Below, one piece after another: positions 1 through 13,944 of a stretch of 64,000 nucleotides of DNA (position 1 is its first letter; each line of letters begins with the position of its first letter). The position numbers were made by a program, and so were the translations under genes. The stretch covers positions 496,001-560,000 of the forward strand of contig JBEWZL010000013.1 in NCBI GenBank assembly GCA_045837725.1. The letters run 5' to 3'. The DNA comes from Vermamoeba vermiformis. Its lineage: Eukaryota. A model generated the notes under the pieces. The model was not told the origin of the DNA. It made no database searches and saw only the letters and a list, made by a program, of their open reading frames with translations.

Positions 1-2374
1 TGACGTTGAGCATGCTTGTATGTTTGGTGACTTGACAGGAACAGCGCTGTTCATCAATTCGAGCACCATTGACTGCGCTGCTCCACTGTATCTCAGTGAT
101 GACACGACACTTTCGATCACTGCGTATGGTCAGCCTTACACGAATGCAATTGACATTCTTGTCTCCGGTATGTTTGATCGATCACTTGACAACACTCAAC
201 TGATGGTGATGAGTTGTAGGCTGTCAGAACATCAATGGCTCATCGTCATGCTCATCACAATGTACTGAACAAGAGCACTGTGGCTGGTGTGTTGCATCGA
301 GCACGTGCTCAACACAAGGGTTCTGTTCACCCTCACAAGTACTGTTGGATGAGTGCATAGATATTTCCGTCAGTCCGAGCATCTTTGGAGTGAATTTGGA
401 CACGACGGCAACAATCACAGTGTCACCTCGAGTGCCACAAGTATGGTACTCGGCCAAAAGAACATCGATTGCAATAGCCGGTCTCTATTGCTTCCTATCG
501 ACGGGCAGTTCGGTTCCTGTACTCATCACTAGCGCAACGACTCTTACTTGCGATCTGCCTAAATTGACCAATCCAAGCAGCGAGCCAGTCTCTCTGACAA
601 TCAAGTTTCAGAATCAAACACTAGCTGGTCCAGTCGTGCTTGAAACGATCGACTGTTCTTCTTACGGAGTGTGTGAAGAATGCCCGTATGTACCAGGTCA
701 TATTCGAATGTATCAGCGCTAACCAAAGTAATATTTGCAGGTCAGCTTGTGTTTGGTGCTGCAGTAGTGGATGTCAATGTGCGATACCTTATAGTTGCGA
801 GTATTCTTATGATTGTGGCAGTCCATCAGCTCCTGCTTTGCATCCCGAAATAGTGTTCCCTGCCTCGATTATTCCACCAGTAGTTGTTGCAGTAGGAATA
901 GCAGTTCTCGTTGTTTTACTGAAGCGTCGCAATCGAAGAAGAAAAGCAATGAAAAATCAAGAACTCACCAATTACACGTCAATTGACTCCGTGCAAGGCA
1001 AACACAAGAAAAAGACGACGAAAGTTCTGAGTAAGTCCAGCATTGTCTATAATTATCGGACCCTTCTCACGCTATCCAGACACGATCAATCAGAAGATGG
1101 AAATTCCATTTGCATCGCTCGAGATGAAGAAAGAAATAGGCTCAGGAAGCTACGGCAAGGTCTATTTAGGGTAAGTAATTCATCACAAGTCTCACGTCGT
1201 TCGAATTTAACTTTGGTAGACAATGGCAAGGAGCAAAAGTTGCAATCAAAGTGTGTGCATCGATTGCAAACATTGACGGATTCTTTGACGAAGCAACACT
1301 CACAATGTAAGTCAAATCGCACTGAATGAATGAATCATACTGACTTATCTCGCTTTAGTGCACTCCCTCCGCACCCGAATGTTGTGCAAACATTTGGCAT
1401 CAGTGTTGACGGAGCATTGCCGTGCATCGTGCTGGAATACTGTGGCGGTGGCAGTCTCGACAAGAAGATATTCAACAGAGATGCATCGTACTCGTCTGAA
1501 GATCAAGTTCGATTGATCAAAGGCATTGCTCGTGGACTGTTGCACCTTCACACAAACAACATTGTTCATCGTGATCTTGCTGCACGAAACATATTGGTAC
1601 GTACATATCATGATACTTTACATCAATCATGTTGTTAACGAATAATGTGTTTTTACAGCTGACACGTGGAGGCAAACCTAAAATCTCTGTAAGTGTCAAA
1701 GTGTCCACACATTTGATATGATTGGCTAACATGAGTTTCATTTAGGACTTTGGCATGTCTCGACTTCTCAAAGAAGAGTCACAAAAAGGTCAAACAAAGT
1801 CAACTGTTGGTCCGTTGAAGTGGATGGTAAAATTCATTTTGATCAGAGACACCTTTGAGTCAAGTGCAGTGAATGACAATACCATTATCTCATCATGTCT
1901 ATCATAGGCTCCAGAAAGTATTCGAGACAACAGCTACAGCACGAAGAGTGACGTGTGGACATTTGGCATATTGAGTAAGTGTCGACAATAGATACTTTCT
2001 AGAACGGATTTTAACGATCGTAGTGTACGAAATTCTAAGCGGTAGTGAGCCTCATGCGAGTATGGACGTGATTGACGTTGCGGCAAAGATCAAGTTAGTA
2101 AATCGCACAAATGACATATTTTTAATTTTATGTTAGGAACGAGTATTATCATCCTGAAATACCAGACGAATGGAACGATCATTTTAAGTCCATTATACTC
2201 TCGTGTTGGCATTCAAATCCAGATCAACGTCCCGTATCCTTAGAAATGATATGATTACACTTAGTCATGATTACGGAGCGAGTATTTCCCTTAATCAAGA
2301 TACGCTAGGATATAGGTGAAATATTTGAACAATTGCGAGCAGGATTCACAGAAGACGAATTAGAATCGTCATAG
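1..2374 (+). CDS. Receptor tyrosine-kinase-like protein (IPT/TIG + PSI Cys-rich ectodomain, TM, kinase); 5' end lies outside the window; multi-exon
   Basis: Spliced exons give PSI-like Cys clusters (CGWC), IPT-like beta segments, TM VVVAVGIAVLVVLL followed by KRRNRRRK, then GSGSYGKVY, VAIK, HRDLAARN, DFG and GPLKWMAPE. Stop TAG at 2372-2374. Confidence 0.9.
2234..2308 (+). other. U12-type (minor spliceosome) GT-AG intron
   Basis: Donor GTATCCTT; branch-like TTTCCCTTAAT about 14 nt before the AG with no pyrimidine tract. Removal gives in-frame DQRP|DIGEIFEQL. Confidence 0.8.
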
Positions 2375-2586
2375 CAGTTCAGTGAACGAATTCACAATTT
2401 ATCTCCCTGCGTGATTGAGAATTAAATCAATCCACCCAGCGGAATTTTTGTGCAAGCGAAAGCACAAACTTGCACGTGGTAGGAAATCTCCTCAATAACC
2501 GCTCGACGATTGGCTGGTTAGCTCCGTTTTGTGATCGATTTACTACTTAGTGATCACAAAAGGGACATGGTTATTCCGCTGCAAGC

Positions 2587-2593
2587 TATAAAA
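2587..2593 (+). promoter_or_regulatory. TATA box of the 154-aa gene
   Basis: TATAAAA 50 nt upstream of ATG 2637; AATAAA at 3143-3148 follows the stop. Confidence 0.5.
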
Positions 2594-2636
2594 CTCGTCA
2601 GCTTTTGAGCATCTAAATTATAAGTATATCTTTACA

Positions 2637-3101
2637 ATGGCAGACGAACAGAACATTGTCAAGTTAGACGAGCACCCCTTGGCTCAACGCTTTTCTGAGA
2701 TGAAACTTGTCGAGATCAAGCCTGCACAAGAACTCGAGGATTACTTAATTCAAGAGCTTCTTGGAAAAGGCGTTCAAAAGAGGCTCGTCATCGTATACAG
2801 ACCTTTGGGCGGAAACCAGTTATTCTTCTACAATGAACAACTGTTGCCCATCATTGATCCGCACAGCCTGTATCATTCTCAAACTATCTACTTCACGAAT
2901 CAAGTAAGGCTTCCCGGAGAACCCCTATTTGGTGCCATTAAAATGGATCGTAATGTCGAAGTCCATGGCAAACCGTCCTTGACGAACAAGCTCAAGCTTA
3001 TTTACCCCGGTGGAAGCTACATTTTCCGTGATGAATACTCGCTTTTGTCTTGGAGCGGCAATACCGATGCTTTGCAGAGCGCTGAAGCGCACATCCAGTA
3101 A
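2637..3101 (+). CDS. Intronless hypothetical protein, 154 aa
   Basis: Clean ORF with ACAATGG start context, upstream TATA box and downstream poly(A) signal; no family recognised. Confidence 0.75.
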   Translation: MADEQNIVKLDEHPLAQRFSEMKLVEIKPAQELEDYLIQELLGKGVQKRLVIVYRPLGGNQLFFYNEQLLPIIDPHSLYHSQTIYFTNQVRLPGEPLFGAIKMDRNVEVHGKPSLTNKLKLIYPGGSYIFRDEYSLLSWSGNTDALQSAEAHIQ

Positions 3102-3270
3102 CTGCGCTGCATCAACTTTGTATCTTTTGTCCCCGGTTCATGAATAAAGGGTTTTGGTACTACCTGAGTGTGCGCACTTTACAAAAAACCGATGAACGAT
3201 GTTGCAGAGGCTTGACGACAATGATAAGAGTATGAAATAGTACGATTAACAACAATAATGTACAAGTGGT

Positions 3271-5493
3271 TTATTCGAGAACTACATTCGGAATATTGTT
3301 ATTACGCAGAAATTCTTCCAGATCCTTTTTTGATTTAAATCCGATTTTAGTAAAATTCTGCTTGAGGAACACTTCGCATATACTACGCAGACTAGGGGGA
3401 TTGTATCTCTCGTAATTTTTGAATATTATCGGCATGTATTCTAACGCCTTTGGTGTTTTGAACCATTGATAACAAAATAAATGATCTGTCATATTAAACT
3501 TCGCTATAACCGCCCTATTATGATCTATAATAATATAATCGTTAATATTAAAAATAAATGTAACAAAAAGCGGACCCGAAAATTTGAAGTGGATCCGGTT
3601 ACAAAAATGACGGAATTAGTTTAAATTATATAATTACCTAAATAACTAAGAGCAGCTAATGCAAATAGACTTAACGACTCTAATTCTGGTATTCCTGAGT
3701 CTCCCCATTTGAAAAAATGTTCAACGAACGACCACACGATTCCTTTTTCTTTCTCTTCTGCGCGAATGCTCTCTGTTTGTACTTTGTTTAAAAATCGTTC
3801 AATTACTTGTAACGCTCCTTTGTCAATTAACGGCTGTGTAAACCTCGCTGAAAATAAAATTAATAAAATGAAGTGGATTGATTACAAGGAGATAATACTT
3901 ACAATCGACGAGTAAATTGGCCAATATGATAATTCCGAACCATACTGATAGTAATTCAAATGAGTTTTCTACGTCAGCAACTTTCAAAACTGCATCCGCT
4001 CCATGGTCGAATACAACTTTTCGACAATTAGCTGTAAACAGTAAATTAGGGTCAAATAAGCTTATACATGAGAATAAAACGACGATAAAGCAATTAATTA
4101 AGCGTAATTGTAAGTATTTTCGAAATTGTGGATTTGACGAATTTGTACCGGCTTATTGAGCTGTTATTAGATAATCTACAAGAATTATAAATATATATAC
4201 CGTTAGTAGAGCTGCATTGTAGACAACCAAAGCATCGATATCTTTCCGAAGTAGCATACATGTCCATATTCAACGCATCCACCGACAAACTCACTAATTT
4301 CTCCATAATTCCATCTTTAACAGCGGTCTCTTGTATGACCTCGTATTCCATCATGCCCCATATAGCTCCCACACCTGTATATTGCAGCTTTGTGCTATTA
4401 CTGTACAAAAACATTTTGATCGGCTCGAGTGCTCCTGATTCGTATAGAATATGCAGCGTTTCATCTGTAAAAAAGTATTAAAATATGAAACTATATGTAT
4501 AATATATATCTTAAATAAGAATGATACTCGTTGTGGCCTTAAATCGAATCGCTAGATCCGGTATAAAATTTCGTTCTTTCAATTATCATGTATAGATACA
4601 TATTATGGCATAACCGATTATAATGGTAATACGTGAACATTAACTTACAATTTTCGCCAAAATTCCAGACAACTGAACCAATAACCATTTGTAGATCCGG
4701 ATCTGTCACCGTTTTCATCAATTTTATCAGATGATCCACGCCTCCTCGCTCCGCAAAATACAGCTTGTTAACGACTATATTAAATGAAGTATTAGCTATC
4801 GCTCGCAACGCGTTGGATCTTAACACCTCTTTGATAAACTGTCAAAAATCAAACAATCAAAGTAATAAATTAAGATTATGATAGAATTTGCGGTAATATT
4901 ATGGCGTTATATTATAATGTTGATATAAGGCTGAAATTGAACTCCATCGTGTTTCGGACTTTCGGAATAAATGTTTTGGATTTCATCCAGTATCTTCTGT
5001 GGTACCCAATCACTTACAGTTCTGCTTATTGAGCCATGGAATAAAATAAAAATCTGATAATTTGATAGCTGCGCGTAGAATTAAGTCTCGATCTGAAGAC
5101 TTGAGTTGCTCGATCAGTTCGTCAATTTTTTCTCGTTGTGGTTCTGCTTCTATAATCGAAAAAATATTAATATTTATTTTATTTAAAACAATTACTGTAA
5201 GTTTAAGTGGTTTATAAGCGCTAGTAAATTGTGAAGAAATTTGGATGGAATTGGCAGTTACGAAACGTGCGCATTGATTTACAAAAAAAAATCAAATCCT
5301 TCACGCATAATATTTGCATTAATATTAAATAATAATATAATCGCCGTGAATGGTTCTGAATTAGTCAATAAAAAATTTATTTACCTTTCTGAGTCAATAC
5401 TTGATCCGGAATTAATAGCGGTGCTTCCCGCGCTCCTATTACTTCGTCATACATCATTAAAAATGTCTGATCATTCATATGATCAGGTTCCAT
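3271..5493 (-). CDS. Armadillo-repeat protein with a C-terminal BC-box/SOCS-like motif; multi-exon
   Basis: Exons encode ARM-like helices (KIDELIEQLKSSDRDLILRAAIKL; NALRAIANTS...GGVDHLIKLM; GVGAIWGM). The last exon has PPSLRSICEVFL. The start codon is inferred. Confidence 0.65.
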
Positions 5494-5798
5494 TTTCACC
5501 GGTGGTAGTTGTTCCGGTTCAAAAAAATTTTGTCTTGTAAACTGTTGTTGACCGCTAAACACTGAACCCACCGCCAGTCCCTATTTAACATACACACGTC
5601 GCGGAGTTGCGGCCAATATTAAACCTTGCTAAGAAAACGGATGTCGTTCTGATCTGATCCATCCGGATTAAGCTTTTGTAACCACTTTAGAGATGGAATG
5701 GAGTATTACGTGTTTATTCAATTTTTTGCAAATAAGAGCGATGGACGTACGTAATATTGATGTATTTAATGCTATAGTACAACAGAACAAGCAGCTTC

Positions 5799-8700
5799 TT
5801 AAAGCTTGACTTTAATCTTTTTCTCGCGCTCTTCCTTGGATGAAGACGTCGAATTCGAATTGATATTAACTTGCGTAGTGCCTGAACGTCTTCGACCAGA
5901 TCCGGCACCTGGCGATCCAGATGGCGAACGTCTGTCCTTGTCGTCTTCAGATTGTTCCCTAATGAGTCGTATTAGTACGAACATTATGGTGTGATATGAT
6001 GCGGGTGGAACTTACAATCGTTGGCTAGATCGTTTGGTGGTTTTGGGTGAGACTTTGATACCTTCACTGTTGCTGCGACCAGGCTTGACTTTGAAAATTG
6101 AATTGATAGGGCTCTCAGGAATAGACTTCAACAGCTTATTTAGGGACACCTCGACTCTATAGACAATAATATATGAGCTATTGTTCGATAAAACTACTAT
6201 GAGGGTAACACTTACTTCGTGAACGAGGGTCTCTTCGCTGATTTGCCGCTCCAGCAGGTCTTCATCAACTTGCCATATTCTTTCGGGCAATTATCAGGGA
6301 TCACAGGGCGATGTCCCTATAGTGATATTTAGTACTTAATCTCCGGTTTATACTAACAAAAAGTCGCATCAACTTACGCGAATGACCGCCAATGGAATTT
6401 CAAATGTGCTCTCATCTTCAAAGGGAATTCTTCGCGTCCAAAGCTCCCAAAGCACAATGCCGAATGAATATACGTCTGCCTTCTCCGTATAATGTTCTTG
6501 TTGGAAAATTTCGGGTGCGATCCACGAGACCGTGCTAGTCACATTGATTAGTAACTGACCGCTATTTATTGGCTTGAAATTTCACTTACCCGACGTTGCC
6601 GGTCATATTTCGTTCACGATCGATCAATCGCGACAATCCAAAGTCACAAACTTTCACGTTCAAATCGTTATCGACCTGTATTTGACTTAATCAGTACTCA
6701 TCGTCCTATTTAATATACTATAGTATTATACTTACCAATAAGTTGACGCTCTTCAAGTCGCGATGAATTAAATTGCACGCATGCAAATATTCCATGCCAC
6801 GGCAGACCTACACATTGCCACGTTAGTTGTTACAATACAATAGTATTATTAGCCCTACTTGTATCGCCATCTTATAGACATGGTAGGGCTCTAGCTTCAC
6901 ATCCTGCTTGCTCAACAAATTGAACAAATTGTCTTCCATTAACTCGCTCAAAATAGCGTAGTTGTCGTTCTTAGTTTGACCTCCGTAGCAACGCACCAAA
7001 TTGGGATGATTGACGAGACTAAGGTATTATAGGTTAGATCAAGTCGAATACTATATTTAGCACAGCTACTATGTACCTCATAATCGAGATTTCTCGAATA
7101 AAATCGTCGTGGTTAGGAATGCCCTTGAATTTTTTGAGCGCGCATAATTTGCCATTCCAACGGACTAATACAACGTTATTAATTAACTACCATTAAATAA
7201 CAATTGAATTCTATTAGTTACCTTTGTGGACGACTGCTTCAGTTCCTTCGCCGATCCGCTCAATAATCTCGTAGCTATTTGGAGGAATCTCACGATGCAA
7301 TTGGACCTAAAAAATTCGTATTATTAATTAATAATAAGTAGCTATAATATTGGTGCTCGTAGTTAGCCTCAGGAGTCTTAAAATCGAGGTAATGAAAATT
7401 ACTAATATTGTCTTAATTGAATGTCGTTCTTATGACGATATAATGCATACTTATGTTATATAAACCTATAAACTAATTTTTGCAAATATTTTAAGTGCGT
7501 TCTTACCGAGCCAGCAATCGCAAGCGACAGCAGGTATTGAAGCCCAGTTTTAGCCTGTGCCACAGCACTGCAAATAGTTTCTCTGGCAACTGTAAACTCC
7601 GATCTATGAAGCCATATTAATAGGTATTCATCACGTGTGCTAGTGAGTGTGGCATCCGGATTTGGATGGGCAGAAAAATTTAGGATCCTACTTACGGTGA
7701 TTCATTTAGATATCCTGCTATAGTCTGAGCAGCCATAATACGCAACTCGCCCTCTTCTTGCAACAAATCGACTAATATCGATAATTCTTCGTCGGAGTAA
7801 ATGCCGCGAGAGCCTGCATCCCGAAAAGCGGTACGTTAATTTTTGCCAAACAAGTTATTATGCGCTACGTATTTAACTTACGTAATTCACCAGTCTTAAG
7901 CATGCTAATAATTTCGTTTCTTTTTTCTGTCTTTGTCTTGGTCGTTTGTTCGAAGAGCAAGTAGTTTAACAAAGCGACGTCTTTCTCCGCAGGTATTTTT
8001 TGTGAGGGATAAAATATATTCTTATATGCCATGCTCATATGGCGAATAACTTGCCTAAAAACTGTTGTTAGTTTCAAGATCGAGATCCGCTACATTTTTC
8101 GAATTTTACCGCTTTTGCTCGTCTGTGGCTTTTGAGGCTACAAATGGCATTACTGCTACTGTTTCTATCTTAGTCTCAGGGAATAGGGCATCTTTCTGTT
8201 CGCTTTCGCTTTTAACTCGATTGTTGTGATCCCGGATGGCAAACATTAATCCTCGCATAGCGTTGTAGGCATAGTCTTGAGACATTAAATGAGGCGATCT
8301 ACTTAAACATAAAAACGCCACGTATTTGTATTTTCGAGAGACTTCTTTGACGGAGTTTCGTACGACAATAGCAGATGCGACCGGCTAAAGAGATTTTTTA
8401 AATTAAAAATGCTTTAAATAATTTAATTTATTGATCTAATCTTACCTGTTCGCCACAGTATTGATTTTGAATTACATTTAAGATCCGTTGAAGAGTTGTA
8501 CCAAGATCACTACAAATAAATACTTATCAGCAACTCACTTAAATAGATGATATAGAAAAGCAACAATTAATATTCCGACGCAATAAATAAAATATACTTG
8601 AATTTCAATTTGACTGATAATTTAGAAATTAAACAAATTTGGATGAACCAGCCAAAAGCTTACTTTGCATATTTATCTACATATTCGCCACTTCGACCAA

Positions 8701-8860
8701 AGCTAGACGTGCAAGGCAGTACTAAACAATCTACACTCCCCAATTGGTCTACCGAGTCTTTGCTGATCTGGCAGTTCGGAAAGCTTCTGAAAAATTCAGC
8801 GTACATAGGGCCAAGGGCATCATCACCCTCAGTCAATAGGACCAAAGATGTGTTTTGCAT
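5799..8860 (-). CDS. TKL-type Ser/Thr kinase with an N-terminal degenerate macrodomain-like region; multi-exon
   Basis: Kinase exons: IGEGTEAVVHK, HRDLKSVNLL, CDFGLSR, WIAPE, ADVYSFGIVLWE. Upstream exons: DCLVLPCTSSFG, YCGEQPVASAIV, YNAMRGLMFAIRDHN, IETVAVMPF, MSMAY. Intron phases are compatible across the whole span. The kinase part is confident; the fusion is inferred. Confidence 0.7.
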
Positions 8861-9219
8861 GGCTATGTGGTGCCTAATTTTAACGACAAAAAAAATGGAA
8901 AAGTAAATTTCCGTCAACAAAATTAATTTTCTATCGGCAGCGCCTTTTTCGGAAATATTAAATTTTAGTCTCAATGCCCAAGAGTGCTATTAAACAGCAT
9001 CTGGACTAGCGTGCATTCACAAGTTAAAGCGAGGTATATATTAAGTAAATTTGTACCAGAACCTTGGGAATTAATCCTCCTGATATACTCGATTGTTAAA
9101 TTTCTTAATTTGATTAGTGCTTAAAGCTCACTAACAATTATGTGCACGGTTAAGCAACTTAACGATATAAAGCAGTTTTGTAGCGGATCTAATTTTTTTC
9201 GGAACCGAAAATATTTACA

Positions 9220-12200
9220 TTACGAATCAGAGTCCTCATCGGAGACGAAGTGATCTTGTAGCTGCTTATTAATTTCTTTCATCGTCTGATTAAATGTTGG
9301 TCAAGGAAAACAACCGTTAGTAACAAAAATAAGTAAAAAATTATAAATCGTTAGGATACGGGTCGCTGTTCGGGATCTGGGTGCCAACATGAGAGCATAA
9401 TATTCTTTAGACAAAAATGCCAATCATCGAATATTTCGGGATGATAATTATCGTTCCTAACATTTTTGGTTAATCCAGATCTTAGTCGTTGCTATTAACC
9501 GATACTTACTTGATCTTCACTCCCACGTCTATATTATCCATTCCAGCGTGAGGCTCATGTCCACTCAGAATTTCGTAAACTGAATGCAAGATCGTTAACA
9601 AAACTTTCGCTGCAGCGGATCGTGCCACTTACTTAATATGCCAAATGTCCACACGTCACTCTTCGTGCTGTAGCTAGTGTCTCGAATACTTTCTGGAGCC
9701 TATGATAGATAAGTAGATGGTCATTCACTGCACTCGACTCAAAGGTGTCGCTGATCAAAATGAACTTTACCATCCACTTCAACGGACCAACAGTTGACTT
9801 TGTTTGACCTTTTTGTGACTCTTCTTTCAGCAGTCGAGACATGCCAAAGTCCTAAATGAAACGAACGTTAGCCAATCAAGTCGAACTTGTGTGTAAGTTA
9901 CACTTACAGAAATCTTCGGTTTGCCTCCACGTGTCAGCTGTAAAGACAATATTACGTTAATTACATGATCGATGTAAATTATAATGATAGTGACGTACCA
10001 ATATGTTTCGTGCAGCAAGATCACGATGAATTATGTTGTTTGTGTGAAGATGCAACAGTCCACGAGCGATGCCTTTGATCAATCGAACTTGATCTTCAGA
10101 CGAGTACGATGCGTCTCTATTGAATATCTTCTTGTCGAGACTGCCACCGCCACAGTATTCCAGCACGATGCACGGCAATGCTCCGTCAACACTGATGCCA
10201 AATGTTTGCACAACATTCGGGTGCGGAGGGAGTGCACTTATGCGAGACAAGTCAGCATTGTTCATTCATTCAGTGCGATTTGACTTACATGGTGAGTGTT
10301 GCTTCGTCAAAGAATCCGTCAATGTTTGCAATCGATGCACACACTTTGATTGCAACTTTTGCTCCTTGCCATTGTCTACGAAGAGTTAAATATTCGAACG
10401 ACATAAGACACGCAGTGATGGCACTTACCCTAAATAGACCTTGCCGTAGCTTCCTGAGCCTATTTCTTTCTTCATTTCGAGCGACGCAAATGGAATTTCC
10501 ATCTTCTGATTGATCGTATCTGGATAGCGTGAGAAGGGTCCGATAATTATAGACAATACTGAACTTACTCAGAACTTTCGTCTTTTTCTTGTGTTTGCCT
10601 TGCATGGAGTCAATTGAGGTGTAATTGGTGAGTTCTTGATTTTTCATTGCTTTTCTTCTTCGCTTGCGGCGCTTCAGTAAAACAACGAGGACTGCTATTC
10701 CTACTGCAGCAACTACTGTAGGAACAATGAAAGCTGGAAGAACGACGCTGGGGTCCCAAGGAGCCGCTCCCTCTGGAAACGAACAATCGCGCACGAAACT
10801 ACAATTGTACGCGATCACGTATCCAGCAGGGCACCAATTGCATGCACTTGCCGACCTACAACCTCATTGTTAGTAGCTGACAAACTAGCAACAATTACAT
10901 GTGGTGCGTACAAACAGGTCTCGCAACTTGTGAACGGCGAGCAATCGAATGACTGGAGTTCAATGGGGTCAACAAGTGTCTGGTTCTGGAACTTGATGGT
11001 CATTATTACAGGATCGGCAGTGATCAACTTTGGCAAGTCACACGTCAGCGTTGTTTCGTTGGTGATAATTGCAGGAATTGAGTCACCAGTAGATAAGTAG
11101 CAATTAAGACCATCGATTGTGACCGCAGTTCGCTTTGCCGAGTACCATACTTGTGGCACTCGAGGTGACACTGTGATTGTTGCTGTCGTGTCAAACTTTG
11201 AATCGAAGGTACTGGGACTGACGGATATCTCCAAGCATTCCTCCAACAGTACTTGCGAGGGTGCACAGAACGCTTGTGTTGAGCACGTGCTCGATGCAAC
11301 ACACCAGCCACAGTGTTCTTGTTCAGTACATTGTGACGAGCACGAAGACGAGCCATTGGTGTTCTGACAGCCTAAAACTCATCAGCATCAGTTGAGTGTT
11401 GTCAAATGATCGATCAAACATACCGGAGACATCAATGTCAATTGCATTCGTGTAAGATTGACCATACGCTGTGATCGAAAGTGTCGTGTCATCACTGAGA
11501 TACAGTGGAGCAGTGCAGTCAATGGTGCTCGAATTGATGAACAACGCTGTTCCTGTCAAGTCATCAAAAAGACAAGCATGCTCAACGTCATCATAGAACG
11601 GTCCTCCAGTCACTCTGATTACTTGTTGTGCATCGCTATTCGCTCGAATGAACGATGGAGTGATTGAAGTGATTGTCGGACACACATTCAGTTCGTGACT
11701 TGCGCCATCACAGCTTGTCGCACAATGAGTGATGCACCATCGACAGCTCTGTGAGGCACTCAAACATTCGCCACATGAGCTAGTGATGTTCGCACAATCT
11801 GACGAGGCATTAGCGAACTAGTCAACGGTTGTTGCAGCAGTACTCACCAAACCAAGAGAATGGAAGTGAGTTGGTCCATGGCTCTGTGTTGCCAAGTGCT
11901 GTCAAGTGCACGCTACCGATGACGGGACGAGATACAGTTGGTGATAAACATTGCACGCTGTTCGTTGTGACAAGTGATGCAAGTATCACATCAGAGGAGG
12001 TTCCGTCGTGAGTCCAAACACAACTCACATTGCTTGGATCATCGAGCACACTTGCATTCAATGACCCATTCAATGCGATTGTTATTCCTCCCGTCAGTGG
12101 TGAGCTGTTTGGCATCGCTGAGTTTATCGCTAATGCACTCATGTTAGTTCGTGAGTGATGACAAGTCAAACACGTACTTGGACAAGATGACAACGATGTG

Positions 12201-13944
12201 AGCTTTGTTGATGAGCACGATGATGACGAGTGGTCACATGAAGCTGTGCTGGTGCAATAGACGCATTCAGGACGTGTGCCATCGAGACATGTTGTGCATG
12301 ACTTGGTCTCACAATCTGACGAGCACTACGTTAGCCCTCAGCGTTCAACGATATTGAAACACTCACCGTAGATGTTGAAATCGAAGTTGGGTACCACTCG
12401 TGCAAAACTACCCGCCACTGAGTTGTACAACCAAAGAGATATTGAATGTGCACCAACACTCAAACTCTTTGGAATGTCACATGTGAGTGATGATGCATTC
12501 TGATAGATGCCTTCTGAGCTCGTGCTCATCGAGTCACCAACTGAGTCGAAGGCACAAACAAATGATTGGCCGTTGAACTGTGCAAAACTGACTCCTGAGA
12601 CTGAACGCGTGATTGGTGTTAGATCCTCGTCAAATCACTCATTCAAAGTACGTACCAGTCATGGTTTGACCTGATTGCACTGTTGAGATGAACACTGTTG
12701 CTGGTGATACTGATGTGATCGATGTGCAAGTGCCTGTTGTGGCACAGCTGACATTGCTGTAACGACACGATTGAGAATCGAAACAGAATGCACACGCACC
12801 ATTCGTACGAGCACTATTGCATGACTCGCAGTCTTGTCCATACGTATCGCAATCTAATCATCATTATCAATGTAAGCAAAGAGTACTGCATTCAGTGAAT
12901 GGCATTACCAAATAAGGAAATCGATGATGATTTCGAAGCGAACTGAACAGAAGAGTCCACTGTGATGACGAGATCTGCCACCACTTCTCTGTTTGTTCCA
13001 CGAGTTGAGGTCCAATCGTTGTTTGTCACCATTGGAGGTGCGCAAGTGAGTGAGTGAGATGAGATCACTGTTGCGAGTGTTGCACTGTTCGTGATTGATG
13101 TGCCGTAACTGCATTCGTAACTCATCGTTTGAGGAATGGAAGTGTCAAATGTCACTGTCAAGTTCATGCCTTGTGTTGCGATTAGCTCTTGCATCAGATA
13201 ACTTTGATCGACTTACCACCATTAATGGAAGCTGTATTTGGTGATATGGAAGTTATTGTTGGACATTTTGAGACAAATCCACTCGAGCACGATGTCAGTG
13301 ATGCGCATTGCATTGTTGGAATGCAAATACCGCACAACGGCAACGAAAGACAATCGGTGCATGGAGCTGCGCTGGATAAAGCGGAACAACCTTCGCAATA
13401 ACGTGTTATTTAATGATCGCGATATTCTTTTAATAGTAATTTCTTTGTACTTACTGTAAAAGGTGAAAGTGAGGGTCGTGTTCGACCATTGTTCGTTGTT
13501 CGCCAAAACTTTGAAACTTGTCTTGCCAATAGAGAATGACGGAGCTGTGCACGTGATCGTTCTTGCATTGACGATCACTGCATTGACGAGTGATGCTCCA
13601 AATTGACAAGTGATTCCATTTGTGAGCACTTGGCCCTGTGCATCCACGAATAAACCATTCGCTGTCACTGCAAAACCTCCATCGTTCGGTCCTGCACTCG
13701 GAAATATACTTGATAACTCTAAATTGAAATATATCTGAATTAATAATAATTCAAAAATATCAAAAAATAAACCGAATCTGGGATCCCAAAAGTAACGTAA
13801 TTTTACCTGGAATAACTGCGCCATTTACGCCAAAACTTATCCAATTTTTTATTGCAGCAATAGCCTGAAGACAAAAATTAGCAAAATGGATCGAGCAGTT
13901 GCCGCGCTTACCAAGGCGATCAGGATCCAACGCCAAGTTCCCAT
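9220..13944 (-). CDS. Receptor tyrosine-kinase-like protein with signal peptide, repeated IPT/TIG + PSI modules, TM and kinase; multi-exon
   Basis: MGTWRWILIAL signal exon; IPT motif FPSAGPNDGGFAVTANG; several CxxC...CxWC/CVYC PSI exons; TM; HRDLAARN; GPLKWMAPE; stop at 9220. Confidence 0.9.
9286..9359 (-). other. U12-type GT-AG intron
   Basis: Minus-strand donor GTATCCTAA; branch TTTTCCTTGAC ending 14 nt before the 3' splice site; joins EQRP|TMKEINKQL. Confidence 0.85.

Noticed and set aside
7368-7376. Possible 9-nt micro-exon with a GC donor in the macro-kinase linker
   Set aside because: The donor context is weak, and direct phase-0 splicing across the region already preserves the frame; it cannot be resolved without cDNA.
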